Assembly (NCBI GenBank): GCA_964572035.1
Contig: CAZNDX010000002.1
Span: 144,056-208,055, forward strand
Length of the DNA stretch: 64,000 bases
Direction of reading: 5' to 3'
From: an uncultured Methanosarcinales archaeon
GTDB taxonomy: Archaea; Nanobdellota; Nanobdellia; Woesearchaeales; ARS49
Positions 37,956 to 48,451 of the stretch are shown piece by piece. Numbering within the stretch: the stretch's first letter is position 1; the number at the start of each line of letters is the position of its first letter. The translations under genes were made by a program, and so were the position numbers. The notes under the pieces are model-generated. The model saw nothing but the letters and a program-made list of their open reading frames with translations, ran no database searches and was not told the origin of the DNA.

Positions 37956-40013
37956 ATGAAAAAGAGCAACAGAAAGGGCCAATTAACGGTCTTCATAATA
38001 ATAGGACTCCTTATACTGATTAGCATCGCGACTATCATTTACTTCACGCAAGTCCGAACAACAGCTCCATTACAGAGAGTAGTCGCGGTACCGGAAGACA
38101 TACAACCAGTATACGACCACATAGCCCAATGCTTGAACGACATAAGCAAAAGAGGACTTGAACGACTGGGAACACAAGGCGGATACATCAACATGCCACC
38201 ATACATTTCAAACAATCCAAACGCGCACATCAAAAATGATGCGCTAGGAGTATCACAAACAGCACTATGGTACTACGAAGGCGAAGACAGAACACCAACA
38301 ATAGAATTCATGCAAAAAGAATTACAGGATTACATCAAAGCGGAACTGCCAGCGTGCGTAAACTTCATAGCATTCGCGGACAGATACGAAATACAAGTCG
38401 CGTCGCCACTAACAAGCATCGTGACATTCACAGACAACCAAGTAATCGCTGAAGCAAGATGGTTGCTGAACATTAAAGTCGGAGAAAAAATAATACAACA
38501 CGACGAATACGTCGCGCAGCACAACCTCGCCTTCGCGCCAATAGTCCGCCTCGCGACTGAAACAATGAAGTATGAAAATGAAAACGAATGGTTTGAAGAT
38601 TTGACAATACAATTATTGACATCAAATCCAGAAATTCCATTCGACGGTCTAGAATTCTTCTGCGGAACCAAAAAATGGCAAGTCAGACAAGTTAAAAGTG
38701 AAATACAAAACACGCTCGCAACAAGCATGCCTCTGATAAGAATAGCGGGAACAAACTATCCTGCTCCACTCGCGTCACCAAGCGTTTACAGAAATCTCAA
38801 AGATGAAGCGGAAGATATACGCGACGACTTGAACGAAGGAAAAGAACCGGATTGGCCAACAAACGTGCCAGCGGACGTTTTCGAAATGAACAGAATGATG
38901 CTCGACATAGGAATACCATCAACAAACTTGGTCGCGGGATTCGTCTACCAGCCACACTGGACAACATACATGGACGTCCAGCCAAGCCAAGGCGGAATGA
39001 TGTCAACAGCACAAATGAAAGGACCCAAACAATACCTGAGATTCCTATGCATGAACCAATGGCATTTCACTTACGACTTGATTTATCCAATAAAAATGAT
39101 GATACGAGACAACTCGGCGTTTGACGGACAAGGATACATATTCAACTTCGGATTCCCAGTAATAATAGAAGACAACGCCGAAAGCAGAAACGTATTCGGA
39201 GTAAGAAGATTTGACGTGCCAATAGAAGGAGTAGACTTCTGCGACAGAATAGGAACAGAAGCGCTTGACGTCCGCGCGACAGGATTCGTAGAAGGAGGTT
39301 TCACCGCGGAAGAGTTGGCTGACGTAAACATAACATATTCCTGCGGACCGCAAGCCTGCGTCCTTGGAAAAACATACAGCGACGGAAGCGGAGCAATAAG
39401 ATTACAAACACTTCTCCCAGAAGGATGCGCAAATCCAGGAATAACAGGAACAAAAGACGGATACTTATCAGACACGAAATTCGCGCTAACAAACAGAGTA
39501 GACTTGCAGCTAACAAGACTCAAACCAATGAACATTACACTACAAATAGTTCCATACTACGAAGTTGTAAATCCACAAAACCCCATGAGCGCATCCCAAC
39601 AAAGATGGCTTGACGAGCAAACAACAAGCAGATTCACACAATCAATGAAAGCGACAGTTGCCATCAGCGCGACAAACAAAAACTATGACCAATACTTGAT
39701 GTATCCATTATCAAAAGATGAAAAGGACGCTGGACTTGGCGGAAACATTAACTTAATTTATGACACAGCGCAATACGACATTGACGTAATATTATTCCAA
39801 GGCGACACGCCAATCGGCGGATACCACGCTGAAAACATCACAATAACGTACGATGAACTTGCGGCGACAAACAACATGATATTAAACGTCGTTGAATACA
39901 GACCAAAACCAACACAGCCATACCAAGAAGCGGGAATGTTCATATTCCTATACGAAAGAGGAGAAAAAGACGGACAACCGTACTATTTGGCGCTTAAGCC
40001 AACATTCACATGA
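37956..40013 (+). CDS. 685-aa protein with type IV pilin-like class III signal peptide; paralog of 30400-32553
   Basis: MKKSNRKGQLTVFIIIGLLILISIATIIYF; SD AGAGGA upstream; shared motifs with first paralog. Confidence 0.8.
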   Translation: MKKSNRKGQLTVFIIIGLLILISIATIIYFTQVRTTAPLQRVVAVPEDIQPVYDHIAQCLNDISKRGLERLGTQGGYINMPPYISNNPNAHIKNDALGVSQTALWYYEGEDRTPTIEFMQKELQDYIKAELPACVNFIAFADRYEIQVASPLTSIVTFTDNQVIAEARWLLNIKVGEKIIQHDEYVAQHNLAFAPIVRLATETMKYENENEWFEDLTIQLLTSNPEIPFDGLEFFCGTKKWQVRQVKSEIQNTLATSMPLIRIAGTNYPAPLASPSVYRNLKDEAEDIRDDLNEGKEPDWPTNVPADVFEMNRMMLDIGIPSTNLVAGFVYQPHWTTYMDVQPSQGGMMSTAQMKGPKQYLRFLCMNQWHFTYDLIYPIKMMIRDNSAFDGQGYIFNFGFPVIIEDNAESRNVFGVRRFDVPIEGVDFCDRIGTEALDVRATGFVEGGFTAEELADVNITYSCGPQACVLGKTYSDGSGAIRLQTLLPEGCANPGITGTKDGYLSDTKFALTNRVDLQLTRLKPMNITLQIVPYYEVVNPQNPMSASQQRWLDEQTTSRFTQSMKATVAISATNKNYDQYLMYPLSKDEKDAGLGGNINLIYDTAQYDIDVILFQGDTPIGGYHAENITITYDELAATNNMILNVVEYRPKPTQPYQEAGMFIFLYERGEKDGQPYYLALKPTFT

Positions 40014-43000
40014 AATTGAACAAACTAAACAGACACATATCAATAATGCTTATCTGGTTAGTAATGACTCTGCCATTCGCTTCAGCTCAAGCGACAAGCC
40101 CGCCAACAGTCACAATATCAAACGTTCAACTAAACCACGGCGCGCAAACAGTCATAACATGGCAAACAAACGTTTTAGCCAACGGATACGTTGAATGGGG
40201 AAACACAAGCGCTCTAGGAACAAACACGACAACGCCGCAAGGAACACTACACACCGCGACTTTGAATACAGTCGCTGGACAAACATACTATTATAGGGTT
40301 GTAAGCTGCGAAACAACCTGCGCAAGCACACAAACAGACTCGTTCACAGCAGGACCGCTCTTCATTACGACAAGCATAGCGCCATACGTCAGAACAGCAA
40401 ATATAGACATACCGGGAAGAACAAGAGCAGGAGCAAGAGTAGACCTTTACGTGAACTCAGTAATGGTTCGCTCACAAAACACTTCGACGGAAGCGTTTGT
40501 TTTCAGAGGAGTGCAATTACAACCGGTAAATAACGTAACACTTCGAGCATTCTACAATAATGAACAAGCTGAAAAAAGCTTCACATTGCGGGTTGACAGT
40601 GAACCGCCAAGAATAACAGTTGATATGCCAAGAATCGCGACACAACCTTCAGTCGTCGCGCGGGTCACAACAACAGAACCGGTAAACATCAGCGTAACAA
40701 CAAGAAGGGTTGACGCGTCGCCGCCAGGAAGACCAACGGCGCTGACACTTCAAGGATCCACAAACAACAGAGTTGAATTAGCGTGGACAAACGCAAGCGG
40801 AGCAACAGAATATTTGGTGCGAAGAGACGGAATAATAATCGGCAAAACAACATCAAACACATACGCGGATACGACTGTTGGCGCGGACAGACAATACGAT
40901 TATGAAATACTCGCCGTGAATGCCGCGTGCATGCAAAGCGAGCCATCTGCAACACTCGCAGTAACAACACCAGGCGGAACAAACACACAAGGGCCAGTTG
41001 TTGAAGTAAAAGCGAGCTGTGAAAGAGACGCGCAAAGCTATTTGGTAACGGCAAGCGCGGATATAACAGTAAATTTAGTTGAAGGCGAGAATTTGGTTAC
41101 GTTCACCGCAACAGACGCCGCAGGATTTGAAAGCATAATAGAAGAAACAGTAATTTACGATTTGGCGCCACCACAATTCTTGGAACAAAACTTGGACTCG
41201 CTGACTCCGTCGTATTCTCCGCAAGTAGTGGTTCGCGGTAAACTATCAGAAAAAGGAAGTGTTACCGTTTTTGTAAACGATAGAGCGGCGGCGACAAAAG
41301 CGACAGAAGACGATGGAAGTTTCACAATACCAGTACTTCTCGACAGAAGCGTGCAAGTAAAAACGGACGTGCTGGCAGCAGGATTGGATACCGGCGTCGG
41401 ATACAGCAACAAAATGCAACTAGAAGCGACAGACGCAGTAGGACAAAAAACAAGAACAGAACAAGTAGACGTCGTATACGCAATCTGCGGATTCGGAACA
41501 GACTTTGACATTAAAATATCAAACCCAGTCCCGGACGTTCTCAACCCAAGATTAATGCACGAAGGACTGCAACAACTAGGAATATCATTCTCATACGAAT
41601 ACAAAGGAGGAAACAACGCGGTTGTCGCTCCCGGAGCAGTTCGCGTAACACCAATACAATTGGCGCCAGCAGTCGCGAAAGAATATGATAATAGTTTAGT
41701 TACAATAAGTTCTCAGACACAGGGCAAAAGAGGCTCGCAAAACGCAGGAGAAGGATACGTACAAGTAACATTTACTCCAATAACAGACCCGTGGACACAA
41801 TTCGGTGAAGGCAAAAAACCAAACAATCCAACTTTGTACGATATAGAAGACGCGATAGCAAGCCACAGAATGGCGTACAAAGATTTGAAAATCAAAGAGT
41901 GCAAAACGCCGGGAGTCGGATGCTACCGGTTGTTCATGAAATTAGAAATACCATACCAGATATCAACACAATCACAACAGTATTTACCTGAGCAGCCATT
42001 CGCAGGACAATTACAACCCGAGAATAAAGTCCAACAAACCTGCATCGATGTTGAAGTCGCGATAGACAGAAGAATAGACCCTGCGCATTTACCACAAGGC
42101 TTCTTGAAGGGAATGAGCGAAACATTAGGAGCAATAATAGAAGGAGTCGACACAGTATTGAAACCACTCAGGACGATTTATCAGTATTTATTCTACACTT
42201 GCATCGCGGGATGGTTTATTAGTTATGTTCCAACATTCCTAGAACAATACAATTGCAAATATTCGGTAATTGCTACCGCGGTCAGTGGAGAAGGCAAATT
42301 CGACGAGGGGGTCGCCGCGATAAACGCGTGCAAGACAGAATATCAAGGACAACAGGAGAGTTTGGACAACTGCGAAGCCTGCGCGACATGGAAGAAAAAC
42401 AAAAAATGGGTAGCGGACGTTTACAAACAAATCTGCGACAGAGTCGCGTGCCCAGCGGCGCCGTCATTGCAACACTACATAAAATCACGAGCAAATCAAC
42501 AGTTAACAGCAGTCAATGCACCAAAAGCAACTGCTCAAATGACTCAATACACCGCGAAAACGGGCGGCAAATTGTATCAAGGCTCGGATTGCGCGGCGTG
42601 GATGCAGGAAAGAAATAAACAAATAACTGGACAGGACGCTAAGAAACCGCCAAGTCTAGTTTTCACGACATCTGAAATAGAAGGAATTTACAATGACTGG
42701 CTAAAACACCGCTCAGACACAAGAACAGCAGATGAACAACAAGGAGTAGTCAACTGCGCGGCGCCACACCCAGCGACACCCGAGTGCTGCGGATATGAAT
42801 ACATGGACCAGTGGGGCTCAGCCTGCGGAATCGGAGGAACACTTGTTGGACAAGGAATAGATACGTTCGATGAAATTCAGGAAAGCACGTGCCTAGCGAT
42901 GGAAAAAGCGAACAAGCAACAAATCGGTTCAGGCGATACTGCGGTCTCGTGCGGCGGAATATCAAACGCTCTCGCAGGATTCTGCACAGCGGAAGGAGGA

Positions 43001-46000
43001 ACGCCGCTAGATTACATCAAAGTCACAACATTCAGCGGAAGCGCGACAGAAAACACAGGAAAACTCGCTGAACTTGGAATAGGAAAAGCTTCAGACCACT
43101 ATTTGTACATATTACTCGTTCCACAAACAGGAGCAGGAGCAACACAAGATTACTCGATTAAATTAGGATACATCGTTGAAGACATAGAATTCGCCCAAAC
43201 AGAACAAAGCAAAACAGTTTCTGACGAAAGCAAATATGACGTAAACAAAAGAATGAGAGCGGTTGAATTGCAAGGATATGATGTTCAAAAGTATTTCTCA
43301 CAAGATAATATTGACAAATATTACGCAGGCAATCTCAACACCGCCGTCTATACTGATTTGGCCAATACACTTTGCGCCGCGGCAGATAAAGGCGGTAACT
43401 GTGTAAACGGCAAAACAATGTATGACGCTGTGATAAACAAAATAGGAAAACCCGATCAGGAGTATATTATCGACCCGAGAAAAGGAATAATCAACGCGAT
43501 AAGATGCATTTGCCTGCCCGCTGTAATAAGTTATTTGCAGTTATGGAGAAACATTATGGCTGCTGTCAAAAACTGCGTTGACACAATAAGATTCACTGGC
43601 GACGGAAACCCAGGAGTCTGTCAAGAAATGATATCCAAATATGCTTGCGACTTGATTTACGAAGCTCTTGCCTGTTTCACTGAAAAATTCAGCGTCGGAG
43701 GAGGAAGACCCGGAGGTCGAGACCTCTTTGGAGCGTTGACATCAGCAGGAACGGAAATGAGCAATGACATCCAAGGAAGATATGGAGGAACAACAACATA
43801 CCAAGCAATGTTCACCCAAGGACAAATCGTAAAGTCTGTATGTAATTTCGCGTTTACTGGAACTTGGAGCTTGGACTTCGCGGCAATAGCGGATTCAAGC
43901 ATAGATGACTTCCCAATCGAAAGCCAGAGCTTCCTGTACCCATGCGACAGAAGATTCGTAAGTTTCAACCCGCTAACTTCTCCGCCAGGAATGACCACCT
44001 GGATATACCATTTCGGCGTATTCATCGCGCCAGGAGCGGACATTGACATAGAATTCGCTTTGAAATGCAGCGGCGGATACAAATGCAGCGAAAACGACGG
44101 ATTCGAACGCGGCAAATGCGACTGTGACACAGAAAAAACACTTTCAATCGCTCCAACAGACTTGCCAACAAGAGCAACCAAAGGAGAAATAGTTGACAGC
44201 GCGGTATATTATACTGTAGCAGGAAACCCTGGCGGAACGATACGTTATGATAAGGCAGTTCTAACATACAAATGGAAAGACAGCACAGGAAAGGACGCAA
44301 GCAAATCACTAGAGTGCAGAATCAACCAACTCGGCGGAGCTCCAAACTTCTGCAGATTTGACATGTTTAGCGGAGCGTATAGATGCCAATTCGGACCTGA
44401 ACAGGGCGGAATACAACTCGGAGCTCCAGAAGTAAGCTATTCGCACAACGTATCAGTAACAGCGGGAAGTCCGCCACTCGGAGTCTACGCATTAAATGAA
44501 AACTTGAACATCAACGTACCAATCAGACAAGCGTATATGGGAGAAGTCTCAGAAACCAAATTCCTCCAATGGGAAATATTAGGACCGGGAGGAGCGATGG
44601 TCGCCAACAATTCAGCAAGCATAACAAAACTTGACACCAACGGCGACTACATGAAAAACATTGGCTCAAGCACATTCGATCCAAAAGTTCCACTCAAAAA
44701 AGAATGGTTCGGAGGCGCGACATCGGCCGGCGGACAAACAACAACATCAACATACTGGCACACAGGACTAACAACCCCAACAACAGGAAACTGGATAGCA
44801 AACGCGCAGTACCTTGAGAACGGCGCAGCGTACCAAGGAAACAAACAGTTCGTCGTTGAAAAAGAAGGAACAACATACCGAGTATACAACGCAGGACCAC
44901 AAACAGGTGTGAACGCCCAAGTAGGATTCACAAGCAAAGGAACAAGCGCGTGCACACCAACAGTATTGCCGAATACACTTGACTGCACAATTGCCCCAGG
45001 CGCAAACGAAGTCAACCCGCCAACAAGAAGATTACTGGTAACATTGGGACAAACATTCCCGGCACAGCCAAAAATACAGGCGCACATAAACATCGGACTA
45101 ATAACGGCATCCGGAGACTTCTGCACGGGAGACAACAGATACAAACCAGTAACGTTCACAGTAAAAATCGCGGCGTACGATGGAAACGAACTCGGACAAA
45201 TAACAGACATGATCGCGATAAATCCAACAACAAACGAAGAAGCGAGAACAACAGCCACGTTCCAAGCAATGTGCGTAGACGCGACGGACCAGAAGTTCAA
45301 GGATATGGAAAAAATGGTTGGAACAATGTGTCCTGTTGGCTATGCTGATGGCACAACAACCGGATGCTTCGCTCAAAAACCAAGCGATGAATGGACTCCG
45401 GTTCAGGCAAGTTGCGTAACAGGAATCTGCTATCAGGCAAAGCAACAAATTACAGTTGACAATGCGCCTTATGTTCCTAATATGAGAGTCGAACTTAAAC
45501 CCGTCAATGTGGTCTTTAAATTACCATTATTAAAAGAAACAGATTCTGACAAGCCAACCATAGTGCTCAGCGCAGGAATAATGGGAATTAATTTGGATCC
45601 GCAATCAGACACTTTCTCAAATAATATGAGAACAACAACGTTTAATTTTGACACTTCAACTTTAACAGCACAAACTCCTCTATTCTTGAGATATAAACTA
45701 ACAAATAAAGAAGAAACTTACACTCCATTAAATTTCACTTATGCCCAAACAATTGATACGGCAAAAACTCAACTGCTTAACGACCTCAAAGCAGACCTTC
45801 TTAAACAAGCAGATCAAAACATACAAACTCCTACACATGGAAGATACTTCAAAATACTCGCGGCAAGAAATCCTGCATCTTGGAGCGACAATAACAAAGC
45901 AGACGTCTTGAATAGAGTGAATGGCGCTCTCGTATCATATCAAGCAATGAAAATAAAACTTGACACGGCGATGAACGCGCTTACAGCTCAGGATAGGGCA

Positions 46001-46852
46001 TATCTTCAAAACGCGCAAACAAATATTGATTCATTAGTAGGTAAACTAAATTTGGCCAAGTTAGACTTGCAAAGAACGACAGTTCCTGTGGAGTATCTTA
46101 ACTGGGGAGAATATCTCTCTGAAACAATCGCAGACCTTAGCACTACGATGGATACAGTTTTCGTTAACTACTTGAGCGCATACGACCAACTCGCAGGAGG
46201 TTCATTCAAGGTCAATGGAAAAACACAGCCATTCGTTCTTCAACCAAAAGAAACTCTCACTGTTTCACAAAATTCATGGGACATATATCCACAGGGAGCT
46301 CATTACTTCACTAGTGAAAAGCACTTCTCATCATCACAGGCTTTATTCCCGACTTATTTGACAACATATGGGGCAAAAGAAATAAGAGGAACTTCACTTG
46401 GACCATTCAGCTGGACAAATCCAGTCATTGTGACATTTGAACTGCCTGCCTTGAATACGCAAATAAATCCAGTGGTCCAATACGCAGTTCAGTCGGGAAC
46501 ACAGTACAATTATGCCAACGTTCCCCAAATAAGTGGAATTTATCAGGTCCCAGTTAACTTCGCGATTTTTGACGCTCGCATCACAGTTCCAGGCGCGAAT
46601 TTCCAAGCGGGAGGCAATATTTGCTTCCAAGACAATTCACAAGGCAACCCTCCACAGAATCCGTCAGGATTAATCAAATATTGCAAATCATTAACATACT
46701 CTACTCAAAATAATGAATTCACTTCTCTTGACATTAATCCTTCAATAGTCACTCAAAATCTTGGCCGCAACAAACAATATGTCTTTTTCATGACGTACGA
46801 ATCAGGCGGGGCGCAATATAAAACCAACAATTTCCCAATAATTTTCCAATGA
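40010..46852 (+). CDS. giant (2280 aa) secreted multidomain surface protein with FN3-like domain and Cys-rich regions
   Basis: Signal peptide MKLNKLNRHISIMLIWLVMTLPFASAQA; FN3-like PPGRPTALTLQGSTNNRVELAWTNASGATEYLVRRDG...YDYEILAVN; many Cys; Thr/Gln/Asn-rich C-terminal third; ATGA coupling. Confidence 0.85.
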   Translation: MKLNKLNRHISIMLIWLVMTLPFASAQATSPPTVTISNVQLNHGAQTVITWQTNVLANGYVEWGNTSALGTNTTTPQGTLHTATLNTVAGQTYYYRVVSCETTCASTQTDSFTAGPLFITTSIAPYVRTANIDIPGRTRAGARVDLYVNSVMVRSQNTSTEAFVFRGVQLQPVNNVTLRAFYNNEQAEKSFTLRVDSEPPRITVDMPRIATQPSVVARVTTTEPVNISVTTRRVDASPPGRPTALTLQGSTNNRVELAWTNASGATEYLVRRDGIIIGKTTSNTYADTTVGADRQYDYEILAVNAACMQSEPSATLAVTTPGGTNTQGPVVEVKASCERDAQSYLVTASADITVNLVEGENLVTFTATDAAGFESIIEETVIYDLAPPQFLEQNLDSLTPSYSPQVVVRGKLSEKGSVTVFVNDRAAATKATEDDGSFTIPVLLDRSVQVKTDVLAAGLDTGVGYSNKMQLEATDAVGQKTRTEQVDVVYAICGFGTDFDIKISNPVPDVLNPRLMHEGLQQLGISFSYEYKGGNNAVVAPGAVRVTPIQLAPAVAKEYDNSLVTISSQTQGKRGSQNAGEGYVQVTFTPITDPWTQFGEGKKPNNPTLYDIEDAIASHRMAYKDLKIKECKTPGVGCYRLFMKLEIPYQISTQSQQYLPEQPFAGQLQPENKVQQTCIDVEVAIDRRIDPAHLPQGFLKGMSETLGAIIEGVDTVLKPLRTIYQYLFYTCIAGWFISYVPTFLEQYNCKYSVIATAVSGEGKFDEGVAAINACKTEYQGQQESLDNCEACATWKKNKKWVADVYKQICDRVACPAAPSLQHYIKSRANQQLTAVNAPKATAQMTQYTAKTGGKLYQGSDCAAWMQERNKQITGQDAKKPPSLVFTTSEIEGIYNDWLKHRSDTRTADEQQGVVNCAAPHPATPECCGYEYMDQWGSACGIGGTLVGQGIDTFDEIQESTCLAMEKANKQQIGSGDTAVSCGGISNALAGFCTAEGGTPLDYIKVTTFSGSATENTGKLAELGIGKASDHYLYILLVPQTGAGATQDYSIKLGYIVEDIEFAQTEQSKTVSDESKYDVNKRMRAVELQGYDVQKYFSQDNIDKYYAGNLNTAVYTDLANTLCAAADKGGNCVNGKTMYDAVINKIGKPDQEYIIDPRKGIINAIRCICLPAVISYLQLWRNIMAAVKNCVDTIRFTGDGNPGVCQEMISKYACDLIYEALACFTEKFSVGGGRPGGRDLFGALTSAGTEMSNDIQGRYGGTTTYQAMFTQGQIVKSVCNFAFTGTWSLDFAAIADSSIDDFPIESQSFLYPCDRRFVSFNPLTSPPGMTTWIYHFGVFIAPGADIDIEFALKCSGGYKCSENDGFERGKCDCDTEKTLSIAPTDLPTRATKGEIVDSAVYYTVAGNPGGTIRYDKAVLTYKWKDSTGKDASKSLECRINQLGGAPNFCRFDMFSGAYRCQFGPEQGGIQLGAPEVSYSHNVSVTAGSPPLGVYALNENLNINVPIRQAYMGEVSETKFLQWEILGPGGAMVANNSASITKLDTNGDYMKNIGSSTFDPKVPLKKEWFGGATSAGGQTTTSTYWHTGLTTPTTGNWIANAQYLENGAAYQGNKQFVVEKEGTTYRVYNAGPQTGVNAQVGFTSKGTSACTPTVLPNTLDCTIAPGANEVNPPTRRLLVTLGQTFPAQPKIQAHINIGLITASGDFCTGDNRYKPVTFTVKIAAYDGNELGQITDMIAINPTTNEEARTTATFQAMCVDATDQKFKDMEKMVGTMCPVGYADGTTTGCFAQKPSDEWTPVQASCVTGICYQAKQQITVDNAPYVPNMRVELKPVNVVFKLPLLKETDSDKPTIVLSAGIMGINLDPQSDTFSNNMRTTTFNFDTSTLTAQTPLFLRYKLTNKEETYTPLNFTYAQTIDTAKTQLLNDLKADLLKQADQNIQTPTHGRYFKILAARNPASWSDNNKADVLNRVNGALVSYQAMKIKLDTAMNALTAQDRAYLQNAQTNIDSLVGKLNLAKLDLQRTTVPVEYLNWGEYLSETIADLSTTMDTVFVNYLSAYDQLAGGSFKVNGKTQPFVLQPKETLTVSQNSWDIYPQGAHYFTSEKHFSSSQALFPTYLTTYGAKEIRGTSLGPFSWTNPVIVTFELPALNTQINPVVQYAVQSGTQYNYANVPQISGIYQVPVNFAIFDARITVPGANFQAGGNICFQDNSQGNPPQNPSGLIKYCKSLTYSTQNNEFTSLDINPSIVTQNLGRNKQYVFFMTYESGGAQYKTNNFPIIFQ

Positions 46853-47634
46853 AAACCCTTAATCTAACTTGGAACGCAATAAAAAATCACAAACTAAACT
46901 TCATTCTATCAATTCTTCTAGATTTTGTATTCATAACTGCGCTAGTTTTAGTTCAATACGCTTTCCTCGTTCCCACAATTGAAGCGCAAATGAAAACACT
47001 TGAGATAATAAACGCTGAAACAGCCAAACTGCCAACAGCGGAATACTACCAGCTGGACAGCATACTGACGCAAAACGAGGAATTTGAGGGCGCGTGGGCT
47101 GTTGTGAAAACATTCATCATAATGTTTTTGTTAACCGGATTTGGCGAGTGGATAATATTCAAAACACTTGCGTGGTGGCTGTCGCTTAAAACAATTTACA
47201 ACAAAGTCCCGTTTTCAGAAATAGCGTACAAGTTCCCACTGCTTTCATTATTTTGGTTTGTAGTTTTGTTTGTTGGCTTTGTTATATATTCAACCAGCAC
47301 AAGCTCATTGATTCCAATCGTATCTCCAACAATCGGCGCAGTACTTTATGGGGTCTTTTTCTTGGTTGTTATATATTTCGCGAGCGTCAGTTTCTCTCTT
47401 ATTCCGGCACGACAAACCTTTAAAAACACATTCGTCTTAGGATGGAAACATGCCAAGAAAATCCTGCCGGCATACGTCACAAACATTGTTCTCATTAGCG
47501 CGGTCTTTTACTTGCTATACCTCGCGGCAAAAGCTCAAACACCTGCAGCAGCATTCCTATTCATCCTACTGCTTATTACATTCGCGTTCGCAAGAACACA
47601 CATTATCGTAGCAACATGGCAAAAGCATCAATGA
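46849..47634 (+). CDS. polytopic integral membrane protein (about 6 TM)
   Basis: 261 aa, hydrophobic helices; ATGA overlap with giant gene. Confidence 0.7.
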   Translation: MKTLNLTWNAIKNHKLNFILSILLDFVFITALVLVQYAFLVPTIEAQMKTLEIINAETAKLPTAEYYQLDSILTQNEEFEGAWAVVKTFIIMFLLTGFGEWIIFKTLAWWLSLKTIYNKVPFSEIAYKFPLLSLFWFVVLFVGFVIYSTSTSSLIPIVSPTIGAVLYGVFFLVVIYFASVSFSLIPARQTFKNTFVLGWKHAKKILPAYVTNIVLISAVFYLLYLAAKAQTPAAAFLFILLLITFAFARTHIIVATWQKHQ

Positions 47635-48221
47635 CAAACATTGTAATTATCGTATTATTGCTGGTGATACTTGGAGTGCTCTTGATTTTGGCGATACAAA
47701 CTCCGCCATTACAAACAACTCCAGTAGAACAGCCAACACCAAAAGCGCCGTGGCTGGATGAACAGGTGATAGTAGTTGAAGAACCAACAACTCCAACACC
47801 AGACGCGCCAGAACCAACAGAGCCGGAGGGCGTTCCATTTGAAAGAGTTTACGCCCAAACAGTACAATTTTTTGTCAATAACATAAGAGTAGGGCTTGTA
47901 GACACTTATGATTACATCCCAATAAAGAAAAGTCAAGTGAAAACATTCGCAGGAACCTTTGGTCCTTACGCCCAAGACCCAACAGAATACATTCGCGTTG
48001 AACTTTGCGCAGAACTGGTTGATTTTCCGGCAAAACCCGCTTGTGAAGTCGTTCCAGTATTATACAGAGACGGTTATGTAAGCTTCGCGCGCGGATACAA
48101 ATACGACGAATACATTGGAGCGCAGGCAGCGAAAGATTACACCGCATACTATACTGTTTATGTCGGCGACACAGTCGTCGCTAACGGACCAAGAGCCAGA
48201 ATAAGAACAGTCAACGATTAA
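47616..48221 (+). CDS. N-terminally anchored secreted protein with Pro/Thr/Glu-rich linker
   Basis: MAKASMTNIVIIVLLLVILGVLLILAI then PPLQTTPVEQPTPKAP...EEPTTPTPDAPEPTEPE; overlaps upstream gene by 19 nt. Confidence 0.65.
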   Translation: MAKASMTNIVIIVLLLVILGVLLILAIQTPPLQTTPVEQPTPKAPWLDEQVIVVEEPTTPTPDAPEPTEPEGVPFERVYAQTVQFFVNNIRVGLVDTYDYIPIKKSQVKTFAGTFGPYAQDPTEYIRVELCAELVDFPAKPACEVVPVLYRDGYVSFARGYKYDEYIGAQAAKDYTAYYTVYVGDTVVANGPRARIRTVND

Positions 48222-48300
48222 AATTCGGTAATTTTTGAAAATTTTACAATTTTTACTGGCAAACACATTTTAAGCCAAAAAGAAAGAATTTTCTTGCTTG

Positions 48301-48346
48301 CCTGTCTTGCAACAAGGTGCTCCGCAAGGCAGGCGGGCATTTTATT
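48301..48346 (+). terminator. candidate terminator hairpin (CCTGTCTTGC-N13-GCAAGGCAGG, one G-U pair) followed by CGGGCATTTTATT
   Basis: Read directly in the 230-bp gap after the surface operon; GC-rich stem plus T-tract. Confidence 0.35.
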
Positions 48347-48392
48347 GAACTTATCTTCTGCGACATATGTTCGTCGATTTTCAATCGACTGA

Positions 48393-48415
48393 GTCAAAGC
48401 AGGCTTTGACTTTTG
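48393..48415 (+). terminator. perfect 8-bp inverted repeat GTCAAAGC-AG-GCTTTGAC followed by TTTTG (terminator or operator), preceded by second IR GTCGATT-TTC-AATCGAC at 48373-48389
   Basis: Read directly; lies ~40 nt upstream of the Nog1-like gene start and just upstream of a TTTTTAAA TATA-like box. Confidence 0.35.
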
Positions 48416-48451
48416 CCAACCTTTTTAAACCCATCACAGGAATAATACATT

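Noticed and set aside
40689-46630. Many 60-220-aa ORFs on both strands inside the 2280-aa gene (for example 41155-41616, 43657-44181, 44647-45300, 42253-42618)
   Set aside because: Fully contained within the long uninterrupted signal-peptide-bearing reading frame; no independent start context.
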